Below are positions 14,130 through 30,959 of a DNA stretch of 64,000 bases, one piece after another. The translations under genes and the position numbers were made by a program. The notes below the pieces were generated by a model. It saw nothing but the letters and a program-made list of their open reading frames with translations, was not told the DNA's origin and ran no database searches. Source of the stretch: Eledone cirrhosa (taxonomy: Eukaryota); contig OZ024757.1 of the NCBI GenBank assembly GCA_964016885.1, forward strand, positions 18,848,001-18,912,000, read 5' to 3'. Position 1 is the first letter of the stretch, and each line of letters starts with the position of its first letter.

Positions 14130-15030
14130 CTCAGTCCACACTGTAAAGTGGTCATGTAGGAGACATTGTAAAAAGGCTCCCAGTCCACACTGTAAAGTGG
14201 TCATGTAGGTGTCACAACAAAAAGGCTCCCAGTCTACACTGTAAAGTGGTCATGTAGGTGTCACGACAAAAAGGCTCCCAATCCACACTGTAAAGTGGTC
14301 ATGTAGGAGACATAGTAAAAAGGCTTCCAGTCCACACTGTAAAGTGGTCATGTAGGAGACACAGTAAAAAGGCTCTCAGTCCACACTGTAAAGTGGTCAT
14401 GAAGGAGACATAGTAAAAAGGCTTCCAGTCCACACTGTATATTGGTCATGTAGGAGACATAATAAAAAAGGCTTCCAGTCCACACTGTAAACTGGTCATG
14501 TAGGAGACACGGTAAAAAGGCACCCAGTCCACACTGTAAAGTGATCATGTAAGATACGCATTAAAAGGCTCCCAGTCCACACTGTAAAGTGGTCATGTAG
14601 GAGACACGGTAAAAAGGCTCCCAGTCCACACTGTAAAGTGGTCGTGTAGGAGACACGGTAAAAAGGTTCCCAGTCCACACTGTAAAGTGGTCATGTAGGA
14701 GACACGTTAAAAAGGCTCCCAGTCCACACTGTAAAGTGGTCATGTAGGAGACACGGTAAAAAGGCTCCCAGTCCACACTGTACAGTGGTCATGTAGGAGA
14801 CATAGTAAAAAGGCTCCCAGTCCACACTGTACAGTGGTCATGTAGGAGACACAGTAAAAAGGCTCCCTGTCCACACTGTACAGTGGTCATGTAGAAGACA
14901 CAGTAAAAAGGCTCCCAGTCCACACTGTAAAGTGGTCATGTAGGAGACATAGTAAAAAAGGCTTCCAGTCCACACTGTAAAGTGGTCATGTAGGAGACAC
15001 AGTAAAAAGGCTCTCAGTCCACACTGTAAA
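14130..15030. repeat. 49-bp minisatellite inside a SINE, ~18 copies
   Basis: Unit CCAGTCCACACTGTAAAGTGGTCATGTAGGAGACACGGTAAAAAGGCTC runs directly into the SINE 3' end at 15030-15197. Confidence 0.95.
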
Positions 15031-16222
15031 TGTGGTTGGTGTTAGGAAGGGCATCCAGCCGTAGAAAACCTGCCAGAGACACCTCTGTACAAGCGAGACA
15101 CGGTTTCCTGACCAATCCGGCCTCAAATGGAACAAAGCTGTCTAACCCATTCTAACATGGAAGATGGTCGTTAAATGATGATGATGATGATGATGATTAC
15201 ACACATATATGCACTCTAACACATGTACTGCGTATATTATGTTATATACACCAACAATTGTATATATACTGTCTACACCTCAGATATCTTACAGTAATAC
15301 TTGTAATATACTATCTACATCAACAACATCCGCCACCACCACCAACAAGAACATCAACACCACCACCACCTCCACCTCCAACATCAACACCACCACCACC
15401 TCCACCTCCAACATCAACACCACCAGCACCACCTCCATCAACATCAACACCACCACCACCTCCATCAACACCACCACCTCCATCAACACCACCACCACCT
15501 CCATCAACATCAACACCACCTCCATCAACATCAACACCACCACCACCTCCATCAACACCACTACCACCACCTCCACCACCAACATCAACACCACCACCAC
15601 CACCTCCATCAACATCAACACCACCACCTCCATCAACATCAACACCACCACCACCACCTCCATCAACATCAACACCACCACCACCTCCATCAACATCAAC
15701 ACCACCATCACCAACAACATCAACATCAACACCACCACCAACAACAACAACAGCACCACCAACAACACCACCACCACCACCACCACCAACACCACCACCA
15801 CCAACACCACCACTACCACCACCAACACCACCACCACCAACAACACCACCACCACCACCACCAACAACACCAACAACAACAATGAAAGTTTTAAATCTTG
15901 GCTTTGCTAATTGACTTGTGAACATTTTTTTAAAAAAAACTTTTTTGTTGTTATTGTTGTTTTTTGTGAAATTAATTAATTAATTAATTTATTTTGCTTA
16001 TGTGGCTCGTTAAGGAGTTTTCAACTGATTAGTTGAAGGGGTGGGGTGGAAACACGCACACACATGCTCGCTCACATATATCGTCATACTCAACAAAACA
16101 AACCACAATATATCCCTGTTTACAGGTAATTCAAATGATATATATTTCTTAGAAGTTAGAGTTTGATGTGATCACCATAGAGACATAGTTTTATACATAT
16201 ATGTAATACTGAAAATCCTTTC

Positions 16223-16287
<65 letters not shown>

Positions 16288-17432
16288 AAAAAGTATGACC
16301 CCGACGGCAGAGCTTAAGCCGTTTCGACGGCTATTTCTGGACTGAAATAGCCGTTGAAACGGCTTGAGCTCTGCCGTGGGGGCGGTCATACTTTCTCCTA
16401 TTACCCACTCTACTACCCTAAGTATTGAGTACTCTGGTGCGTTATGGTCCATCTGGTTCCTTACCACAACTCCTCCGTTATATATATATATATTGCTTCA
16501 CCATCTTTGTTTGTTTACACTCTCGTGTCCCCTTTATTTACGTGTCCCAACGACTTTTTTTAGCCGTTGCTCGCACCAACCGGAGGTATATGGTCTTTAA
16601 AGCGATGAAATACCAATGATGGTTGGAAGATCACTGATGAAGGACTAACTTTATTAATATGTAACCCATTAGCAACCACGCAGCACGTTTATTCTCATAT
16701 TTACATATATATATATATATATATATATATAGTATTAAGGATACTATTTATGGTTATGTATATACTAAAACTTTTTATAGTTATATATATTTTAAACCCT
16801 AAACAGTGAAAGACAGTAATTTATTACTACCTTATTACATTGATTTTAATTTTTGAATGTAAATTGCCATGCTAAAATATTATAATGGATGTCACCCCAC
16901 TGTGCATCGATATATACATATGTTTCTGTATGTCTCTTGTGTTGGAAAGGAGGTCATGTATGTAAACAATCATTGAAAAATTGCTCCGAAGACTCCAACC
17001 CTCGGTTTGGACGAAACAATTGTAAGCTAATAAATGGTTTGAACAGAACTTTGATTCATGTAATTTCTATATATATATATATATATATGAGAGTATTGAA
17101 GTTTGCTTGAAGCATTGTGGAATAATAAGGTAAATTTCTTTAAGTCGTTTGGAAGCCTCAACAATGCAGATGGGTAAAACTCAAGGTAACAAGATCCGGT
17201 GGTGGAGAGAAAGAGATGTAAGTGGGTGTACGTTGAGATGCGTGGCGTGTATAAGACGTGTAGAGGAATGAAGGAAAGAGCGTAAAGGATAAAAATAACA
17301 AGACGAGAGAGAGTTACCTTTGGAGAGATTTAATTGTCCCTATATATTTCGGATTCACATCCATCAACTGGGGTTTTTTCCGGGGGGGGGGGGGGGGAGG
17401 GGGAAAGGTTGTCTGTCGGAAAGATACGAAAC

Positions 17433-17478
<46 letters not shown>

Positions 17479-17889
17479 TAATATGCAAATCAGGCTGATC
17501 AGTCAGTGTATATTTCAGAAAATATATATTTTCACTAGCTCTGGCAGGTGAGCAGTAAACTGCACCGATGAAGGGTAATCACCCAGAAACATTAGTGTCT
17601 GCAGTTCTGTTTACATGCCAACACAAGAGCGAGAATGAGGGGCTCATTCTACAGACATGGTTTAAAAGAGGCTGTTTGCCTAATTGCAAACGAATCGAAT
17701 ATTATTATTAATATTCGAAAAACTCAGATTACATTTATATATTTATATAAAAACAAATTAACTCGAAAATAGAGCAATAAATGCCTCCGTAGGTGGTATG
17801 CCATTTGAGCACTCAATGCTGACGCAGAGCAGAGTATATTATATATGTTAATAAATTGTGTTTTTAATGCATCACTGATTCCTCATTAT

Positions 17890-17961
<72 letters not shown>

Positions 17962-18367
17962 TAATGAAGTTTCCGTTGAAAATTGAAAAAGTCATAGGAG
18001 TGAAGAGTGCTCTATGTAAGTACCAGAGCAAAATTTAATGTATAATAAACAATACAATATAATTACCTCATTACCAGAGGTTTCCCGAATAAGACGAATA
18101 CGAAAAAAACGTCCTCATTCGTTCGTCGGACGAGGCAATATAAAACAGTGAAATATTTGGAAAGTCTCCTCAAGAAATGCAAAAAAAAAAAATAATATAT
18201 AAACAAAAGTAATGCAAGAGATATTTAAAATATATAAAAAATATAAGGAAATATAGTTAGGTGTGTGTATATGTATGTATATACACTCACAAATGTACAT
18301 ATGTATTATATATATATATATATACAATATATTAATAAATGGAAACTATATTTATAAAACCGTATTT

Positions 18368-18431
18368 ATTTTATTATACATATTTCAAGGGCAACCAAGG
18401 CAAATTATGGTGCGCTTTCATCAGATAAAAT
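18368..18431 (-). ncRNA. Minimal hammerhead ribozyme (family copy 40075-40138 on +)
   Basis: ATTTTAT-CTGATGA-AAGCGCACC..GGTTGCCCTT-GAAA-TATGTA-TA-ATAAAAT. Confidence 0.75.
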
Positions 18432-19715
18432 ACAGATTTGTTTTATAAATAAATATTGACATACCCAGAAAAAAAGACAACCTTAACGGTTGGAGCTTCC
18501 TGGATAGCTTGTTGAATCCCAACAAATTAAATATAACCTCTGCATATATATATATGGAGGCACATGGCTTAGTGGTTAGAGCATTGGCCTTGCAATCGAA
18601 AGGTTGTGAGTTCAATTTTTGTTGTTTCCTTGAGCAAGACACTTTATTTCACATTGCTCTAGTTTACTCAGCTGTAGAAATGAGATGATAGGGACTGGGG
18701 TACCTATCATTCCACTGCAATGTGGACGTGGAGGTGCCACAGCAAAAAAAGCACCCAGCACTCACTGTAAATGAGGTTGGTGTTAGGAAGGGCATCCAGC
18801 TGTAGAAATCAGGCCAGAATCAGTTCCCGTCCCACCCTTGCAAGCAGGGAAAAGTGGACGTAAAATGAAATGATGATGATGATGATGATATATATATCAG
18901 GTAGAGTGTGGTAAAATACCAGGTGGGCCATAACCCACCAGATTACTCGATACTTGGGGTAGTAGAGTGGGTAATATGAAAAGAATCAAGACCTCGACGG
19001 TTGAGCTCTAGCCGTTTCGACAGCTAGATTCGTTTGAATCCAGTTGTCGGGGTGTTGATTCTTTATATATATATATTTATATATATATATATATTATTCA
19101 AAATATTAACAAATGAAGATATTCACATAATCAAAATATATGCTTTATTATATATATTTCGAAGGTACTGTGTTTTTTTTTTCCAGTACGTCCTCGTCAG
19201 ATATATATATATATATATATATATATATGGAGGCACATGGCTTAGTGGTTAGAGCATTGGGCTTGCAATCGAAAGGTTGTGAGTTCAATTCTCAGAGTGA
19301 TGTGTTGTTTCCTTGAGGCTGTAGAAATGAGATGATAGGGACAGGGGTCTCTATCATTCCACTGCAAAGTGGTCGTGGAGGTGCCACGGCAAAAAAGCAC
19401 CCAGCACTCACTGTAAATGAGGTTGATGTTAGGAAGGGCATCCAGCTGTAGAAATCAAGCCAGCATCAGTTCCCGTCCTACCCTTGCAAGCAGGTAAAAA
19501 GCGGACGTAAAATGAAATGATGATGATGATGATATATATAAACAAAATAAGATGCTGAGGTTTGGGCACACAAGCAATAGGATGTGTGTTTTTCCTGCCA
19601 GCAGCATATCAAACAAATCGGATATCATCTGAGGATACCATTCTCATAACAACAACAAATGCATGAAGGACTTCTCGGTTGCATGGAGAATCGTGGAAAT
19701 AATTATAATGATTAA

Positions 19716-19936
19716 CCCTTTAGCATTCACATTACTCTATATCTACTATTGTATTTTTGCAGTAAAGGCTTTATCTCGCATAATTATTCACATCAAATCT
19801 ATGAGATTTTGATGATGTTATTATTTACTTTGAGAACAATACCTTAACATCAGTATGAGTGGCCAGTTACAGCTGGTTTGAACAGAAAGAGGTGAGAGAA
19901 TTCTGGCCGGATGTGGCCGGTTTAAATGCTAAAGGG
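19716..19936. mobile_element. piggyBac-type MITE
   Basis: TTAA|CCCTTTAGCATT ... AATGCTAAAGGG|TTAA: 12-bp TIR with TTAA target duplication. Confidence 0.85.
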
Positions 19937-20282
19937 TTAAACGATTTATTTAACCTGAGGCATCTTATTTTATTATTTTTATAAAAATTTCCACCAGAAC
20001 TGAAAGCTCAATTGTCGAGAGCTTTCTCCTGTTTCTCCTGCTTGCTCCTGTACATGCACGCACGCACACACACACACACACACACACAGACACCTGTCTT
20101 CAGTTGTCTGACGACTGAAGACAGATATAAATATCTGCCTTCAAGAAACCACTGGTATACATATATATATAGAGAGAGAGATTACAATAATCAAAGTTCA
20201 GTTTAAATCATTTATTTGCTTACAATTGTTTCCTCCAAACCGAGGTTTGGATTCTTCGGAGCAACTATATATATATTAATTC

Positions 20283-20587
20283 AAAATATTAACAAATATA
20301 GACATTCGTGTGATCAAGTATATTTTATTATACATATTTCAGAGGTACTGAGCTATCTTCAACAGTAGGTCCTCATCAGATAAAATAAGATGATGCATGA
20401 CATACCCTGACTAAGTAGATGGTTAAAATTTTGCCATGACTAATTTTACCCATCTACTTAGTCAAGGATTGTCAAGCATCTTATTTTATCTGATGAGGCC
20501 GTACTGTTGAAGATAGCTCAGTACCTCTGAAATATGTATAATAGAATATACTTGATCACACGAATGTCAATATTTGTTAATATTTTA
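20283..20587. repeat. Inverted repeat, arms ~145 bp
   Basis: AAAATATTAACAAATATAGACATTCGTGTG... pairs with ...CACACGAATGTCAATATTTGTTAATATTTT; centre ~20435. Confidence 0.9.
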
Positions 20588-21904
20588 TAATAATATTAAT
20601 ATCTCCGGAAAACCAATACTGCGGGGTGCTTCTAATCTATTGTAAAACTTTATTCATTGATTTATTCATTGAACCTTGTTTAACCTTTAAATATATATAT
20701 ATATAGGGAGGCACATGGCTTAGTGGTTAGAGCATTGGCCTTGCAATCAAAAGGTTGTGAGTTCAATTCTCAGACCGGGTGATGTGTTGTGTCCTTGAGC
20801 AAGACACTTTATTGTTTGTACATTACCCTATGTACTATACATACACTTTTTGATGAGTTGTAGTGCACCTGAGCACTGTACACAATATTTCATTATTATT
20901 ATTTCACATTGCTCCAGTTTACTCAGCTGTAGAAATGAGATGATAGGCACTGGGGTCCCTATCATTCCACTGCAAAGTGGTCGTGGAGGTGCCACGGCAA
21001 AAAAGCACCCAGCACTCACTGTAAATGAGGTTGGTGTTAGGAAGGGCATCCAGCTGTAGAAACCAAGCCAGAATCAGTTCCCGTCCCACCCTTGCAAGCA
21101 GGGAAAAGCGGACGTAAAATGAAATGAAATGAAAAATGATGGTCGGTGAAGGTGATCAAGGTGATATGTATATATGTATATATATACATATCATGTGGAG
21201 GTACATGGCTTAGTGGTTAGAGCATTGGCCTTGCAATCGAAAGGTTGCGAGTTCAATTCTCAGACCGGGTGATGTGTTGTTTCCTTGAGCAAGACACTTT
21301 ATTCCACATTGCTCCAGTTTACTCAGCTGTAGAAATGAGATGATAGGGACTGGGGTCCCTATCATTCCACTGCAAAGTGGTCGTGGAGGTGCCACGGCAA
21401 AAAAGCACCCAGCACTCACTGTAAATGAGGTTGGTGTTAGGAAGGGCATCCAGCTGTAGAAATCAAGCCAGAATCAGTTCCCGTCCCACCCTTGAAAGCA
21501 GGGAAAAGCGGACATAAAATGAAATGAAATGAAATGAAATGAAAAATGATGGTCGGTGAAGGTGATCAAGGTGATATGTATATATGTATATATATACATA
21601 TCATGTGGAGGTACATGGCTTAGTGTTTACTCAGCTGTAAAAATGAGATGATAGGGACTGGGGTCCCTATCATTCCACTGCAAAGTGGTTGTGGAGGTGC
21701 CACATCAAAAAAGTACCCAGCCCACACTGTAAAGTGGTTGTGGAGGTGCCACGGCAAAAAAGCACCCAGCACTCACTGTAAATGAGGTTGGTGTTAGGAA
21801 GGGCATCCAGCTGTAGAAATCAAGCCAGAATCAGTTCCCGTCCCACCCTTGCAAGCAGGGAAAAAGTGGACGTAAAATGAAATGATGATGATGATGATGA
21901 TAAA

Positions 21905-22150
21905 TAGAACATCAGATCGGCCAACCACGTTTTCAATAAAGTGTTGTGTGTGCGCGCATGCATCAACCCACAGCTTCCCGCCTCATAGCTCTCCGCCACA
22001 TCTGCTGGTATGGTATGTTCTCCACTTTTCACTAGATCATCCACCCAGGGCCTTACCCTCGTTCGATGCAGTGGCTGCAGTGGTTGGAAGAGGGCCCAGC
22101 ACCAGATGGTTGTATATAATCGGGGAAGATCTTCAGATGCTCTATGCAGT
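21905..22150 (+). mobile_element. Decayed RTE-type LINE ORF2 C-terminal fragment
   Basis: Across frameshifts reads NHVFNKVL..QPTASRLIALRHICWYG..VLHFSLDHPPRAL..GPSTRWLYIIGEDL, resembling the RTE RxRWxGHVxR...GRPxxRW motif. Confidence 0.6.
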
Positions 22151-22279
22151 GCGTGTCAACCAATGATGTATATATAATAGATTCGAAGCTACTAACTAGT
22201 ATTGAGTCCTACACCAACCTCAGCCCCATCCTAACAGCAAATGGTTGTTGTTATTTATAATCCCGAAGGTCATTGACCA

Positions 22280-25330
<3,051 letters not shown>

Positions 25331-25825
25331 GTATTGTAATACTCAACATTTGATAAGATGAATTTTACTAATACATCGAAACGTGTAATACTTTATATGT
25401 ACTATTGGTGGATTGGCAGTATCGGTAGAGGGTTGGACACCATGCCTTGACGCATAGAGCTACGGCCCTTGCCATTCTGAGTTCAAATCCTGCTGAGGTT
25501 AACTTTGCCTTTCATTCTTACGGGGTCGATAAAATAAAGTACTAGTAATGCACTGGGATAATTGCTGGCCTTGTGCCTGAAGTAGAAACAATTATTTAAT
25601 GTCAGTTCTTGCTGTTAGCAAAATAACAATAACAACAATAAAATAAAGTACCAGTAATGCACTGGTTAATTGCTGGTCTTGTGCCAAAAGTAAAAACAAT
25701 TATATACATTATAAAACTCTTTTTTAAAAGTATTGTCCTTCTCATTCTTTCAATAATGTCACTTTAATTGAATGAAAGAAAGGAAAAGAGACCCTTAAAT
25801 ATATTTTCCGGGCTATTTCCAACTT

Positions 25826-25901
<76 letters not shown>

Positions 25902-26153
25902 GTGTGTGTGAGTGTATATATATATATATGAAAGACGTAAAATAATAAAATTATAAAAATTTCACTCAGGGAATAAACATGGTTGGAGTGAAATTTTAGT
26001 AAGAAGTTAATTTTTATAATTTTCTTATTTTACGTCTTTCATATAATTGTTCTGCATCTCCTTGTATTGAACCACAAAGTTACTAAGACAAAACCTATAT
26101 ATTTGCTAGCATAGGTATGCATCTGTATATATATGTCGGTAGATATACTAATT

Positions 26154-26213
<60 letters not shown>

Positions 26214-28048
26214 ATACTTTGGGAGGGTCATGTTGCTAATAAGAAACACACACACCAGTTGCTTTCACCCCAATTTATTATAAATTAAATTATAAATTTA
26301 AAAATTTATAATTTAATTTATAATAAATTGAAGTGAAAGCAACTGGTGCGTGTGTTTCTTATTGGCAACATGACCCTCCCAAAGTATAACAATATCGGTT
26401 TCAACACACGTTTTCAGATAAAGAATCTTGCTAAACAAATTCAGAAATGAAATATATATATATATATATATATGTAGAAGTTATATTTAATTTGTTGGAA
26501 TTCCGACAAACATAAATGTTTATAACTAATATAGAGCACTCAACAGTTTACTGGAGTAAATATTCCAAGATATTAATAAATGGAAACTATATTCATAAAA
26601 CCATATTTATTTTATTATATATATTTCAAGGGCGACCAATATATATATAGTCCTATATGAACGAGACATGGTCACCAGACCAACCTTGCCTCAAATTGGG
26701 ACAATTCCCGTGTAACCCATGCTAGCTTGGAAGATGGATGTTAAACAATGATGATGATGATGGTATATATATCATCATCATCATCATTTCATTTTACGTC
26801 CACTTTTCCCTGCTTGCAAGGGTGGGACGGGAACTGATTCTGGCTTGATTTCTACAGCTGGATGCCCTTCCTAACACCAACCTTATTTACAGCGAGTGCT
26901 GGGTGCTTTTTTGCCGTGGCACCTCCACGACCACTTTACAGTGTGGGCTGGGTACTCTTTTGCCTTGGCACCTCCACAACCACTTTGCAGTGGAATGATA
27001 GGGACCCCAGTCCCTATCATCTCATTTCTACAGCTGAGTAAACTGGAGCAATGTGAAATAAAATGTCTTGCTCAAGGAAACAACACATCACCGAGTCTGA
27101 GAATTGAACTCGCAACCTTTCGATTGCAAGGCCAATGCTCTAACCACTAAGCCATGTACCTCCACATGATATGTATATATATACATATATACATATCACC
27201 TTGATCACCTTCACCGACCATCTGTTGGGCGTCCATTCCGCGCCGCTGGTCACAGCGCATCGTGCTGTTTTAGCCATAAGATAACGCCATCCCACTGGCT
27301 GGGCGGGCAGGCCGGTAATATATATATATACATATATATATATATAATGTATAATAAACAATATATATATATGTAGGAGGTGAGTTTTATTGTAGCACAA
27401 TAAAGCAATGCAAATATCGGATAAGTAGCACTCTACAGTTTGTAGGACTGGAGTATAAATAATTGTTTCTACTTTAAGCACAAGGCCAGCAATTACCCAG
27501 TGCATTACTGGTACTTTATTTTATCGACCCCGTAAGGATGAAAGGCAAAGTCAACCTCGGCGGGATTTGAACTCAGATCGTAAAGGGACGTAACTATGCT
27601 GGAAAGCATGGCGTCCGACCCTCTACCGATACTGCCAATCCACCGACTGGAGTATAAATAATATAAGATCAAAAGATGGTTAAAAGAGTTCCAAGTATTT
27701 TATTATGCGCATTTCAAAAACAAATATCATCATAGGATGATATCTGCGTTCTCATCAGATAAAATAGGGAGACATGATATGAAGCTTAAAAAACACTTGT
27801 GAATAGTGAAGTTTTAAATTAACATATTAAGCTTCATATCATGTCTCCCTATTTTATCTGATGAGAACGCAGATATCATCCCATGATGAGATGATATTTG
27901 TTTTTGAAATGCGTATTTTATTATGCGCATTTCAAATTCTTATATTATATATAAGATGATTTCTTATATTATATATATGATGATTTCTAAAGAATGAAAC
28001 AGTTCCAGTCCTGTAGAATCTCATCTATATTAAAACTATATATATATA

Positions 28049-28147
<99 letters not shown>

Positions 28148-29007
28148 AGATCAATAGAGCAAAGTAAATCAGTTGTACACTGCCATATGTCACCAACCTG
28201 GTAGCTCAGTCAACACACCGTCTAAATAATAACAACAACAATAATAACAATAAATAATGAAAATAACAATAATAATAATTGTTTCTACTTTTGGCACAAG
28301 GCCAGTAAATACCCAGTGCATTACTGGTACTTTATTTTATCGACCCCGTAAGGATGAAAGGCAAAGTTTACCTCGGTGGGATTTGAACTCAGGCGATAAA
28401 GGACTGTAACTCTATGCTGCAAAGCATGGTGTCCAACTCTCTACTGATACTGCCAATCCACCAAATAATGATAATAATAAAATGATTATGAGGATGATGA
28501 TGATGGACAAATAAACACTAACATATAGCTATGGTCAATGAACTGGTGAAAGAAGTAAAAACAACTGTGTGTATGTGCGTGTGTGTGTGTGTTAAAACAC
28601 GGGTAGAATAGAGATGGGTGTGTTTTGGGTGGATGTCGGTGTGAGGGGTGGAACATGTACAATATAAAAGCTGGTTTTTGTTATTTTTTTTTTTTTTTAG
28701 TAATGCTGGCATAGAAATATGTATGATGTATTGATGTATTTTTATAATAAGGTGTTGAAAGCTGACAATAGGGATTGAATATTTAAAATGAGAGGCAGAA
28801 TTGTTTGCATTTCCATATAGAGAAAATAAGGTTGTTTGATATCATTGTGCTTTGTGTGTGTGTGTGTGTGTATGTGTGTGTATATATATATATGTGTATA
28901 TATATATGTGTATATATGTATATGCATATATTACATACACACACACACACACATGTATATATATACATATGTATGTATGGAATATATGCATATACATATA
29001 TACACAT

Positions 29008-29051
<44 letters not shown>

Positions 29052-29489
29052 CATATATATATAGAGATATATTACACATACATATATTATACACACACTT
29101 ATATATATATATATATATATACATATTATACATACACATATATATTATACATATACACATATACATATATATATTATACATATACACATATATATATATG
29201 TACACATGTACATATATATGTTTGTATTGTGTATGTGTGTGCTTGTATATATACATATATATGTTTGTATGTATGAATGTGTTTAGTATATGTTTTTGTA
29301 TATATATATATGTGTGTGTGTGTGTATGTGAATGTTTGTGTGTGTGTATGTGAATGTTTGTGTGTGTGTATGTGTATATTCTCTCCATCAATAAATCAGG
29401 CTCTCACAAATAGACTTCAAAAGGTTCCCTGGTGGCTTAATTCAATTGGAAGCTACATTTAGGGATGGGTTTTTTAAAAAAAAAACATT

Positions 29490-30945
29490 GTCACCATCAC
29501 CATCACCATCATCACTATAATTGCCACCACCATCATCTTTACTCATCATCATCATCATCAACACACTATTAAATCATCATCTCTGCCACCACCACCATCA
29601 CCACCATCATCTTTAGTCATCATCAATCATCATCATCATCATCATCAACACCACCACCATCATCATCTTTAGTCATCATCAATCATCATCATCATCATCA
29701 TCAACACCACCACCATCATCATCTTTAGTCATCATCAATCATCATCATCATCATCATCATCATCACTATTAAATCATCATCTCTGCCACCACCACCATCA
29801 TCATCTTTAGTCATCATCAATCATCATCATCATCATCATCAACACTATTAAATCATCATCTCTGCCAACAACACCACCATCATCTTTAGTCATCATCAAT
29901 CATCATCATCATCATCAACACTATTAAATCATCATCATCTCTGCCACCACCACCACCATCATCATCTTTAGTCATCATCAATCATCATCATCATCATCAT
30001 CAACACTATTAAATCATCATCTCCGGCACCACCACCACCACCATCATCTTTAGTCATCATCAATCATCATCATCATCATCACTATTAAATCATCATCTCT
30101 GGCATAACCACCACCACCACCACCATCATCATCTTTAGTCATCATCAATCATCATCAACACTATTAAATCATCATCATCTCTGCCACCACCACCACCACC
30201 ATCATCATCTTTAGTCATCATCAATCATCATCATCATCATCATCAACACTATTAAATCATCATCTCTGCCACCACCATCACCATCATCATCTTTAGTCAT
30301 CATCAATCATCATCATCATCATCAACACTATTAAATAATCATCTCTGCCACCAACACCACCACCACCACCATCATCTTTAGTCATCATCAATCATCATCA
30401 TCATCATCATCAACACTATTAAATCATCATCTCCGGCACCACCACCACCACCATCATCTTTAGTCATCATCAATCATCATCATCATCATCAACACTATTA
30501 AATCATCATCTCTGCCAACACCACCACCATCATCATCTTTAGTCATCATCAATTATCATCATCATCATCAGCACTATTAAATCATCATCTCTGCCACCAC
30601 CACCATCACCACCATCATCTTTAGTCATCATCAATCATCATCATCATCAACTCTATTAAATCATCATCTCTGCCACCACCACCACCACCATCATCATCTT
30701 TAGTCATCATCAATCATCATCATCATCAGCATTATTAAATCATCATCTCCGCCACCACCATCACCATCATCATCTTTAGTCATCATCAATCATCATCATC
30801 AGCACTATTAAATCATCATCTCCAGCACCACCACCACCACCACCATCATCAGCATCGTCATCATCATAGCAGCATCATCATCATCATCATCAACAACAAC
30901 AAGAACACTATTAAAAAATCATCATCTCTGCCACCACCACCATGA
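29490..30945. repeat. Compound (CAT)n/(CAC)n minisatellite, units ~70-80 bp
   Basis: Invariant punctuation motifs TTTAGT, ACTATTAAAT and CTCTG separate variable-length triplet runs. Confidence 0.9.
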
Positions 30946-30959
30946 AGGGGGGGGGGGAT

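Noticed and set aside
29400-29468. Possible + exon (LSQIDFKRFPGGLIQLEATFRDG)
   Set aside because: Weak acceptor, non-consensus donor (gttttt) and no homology recognised.
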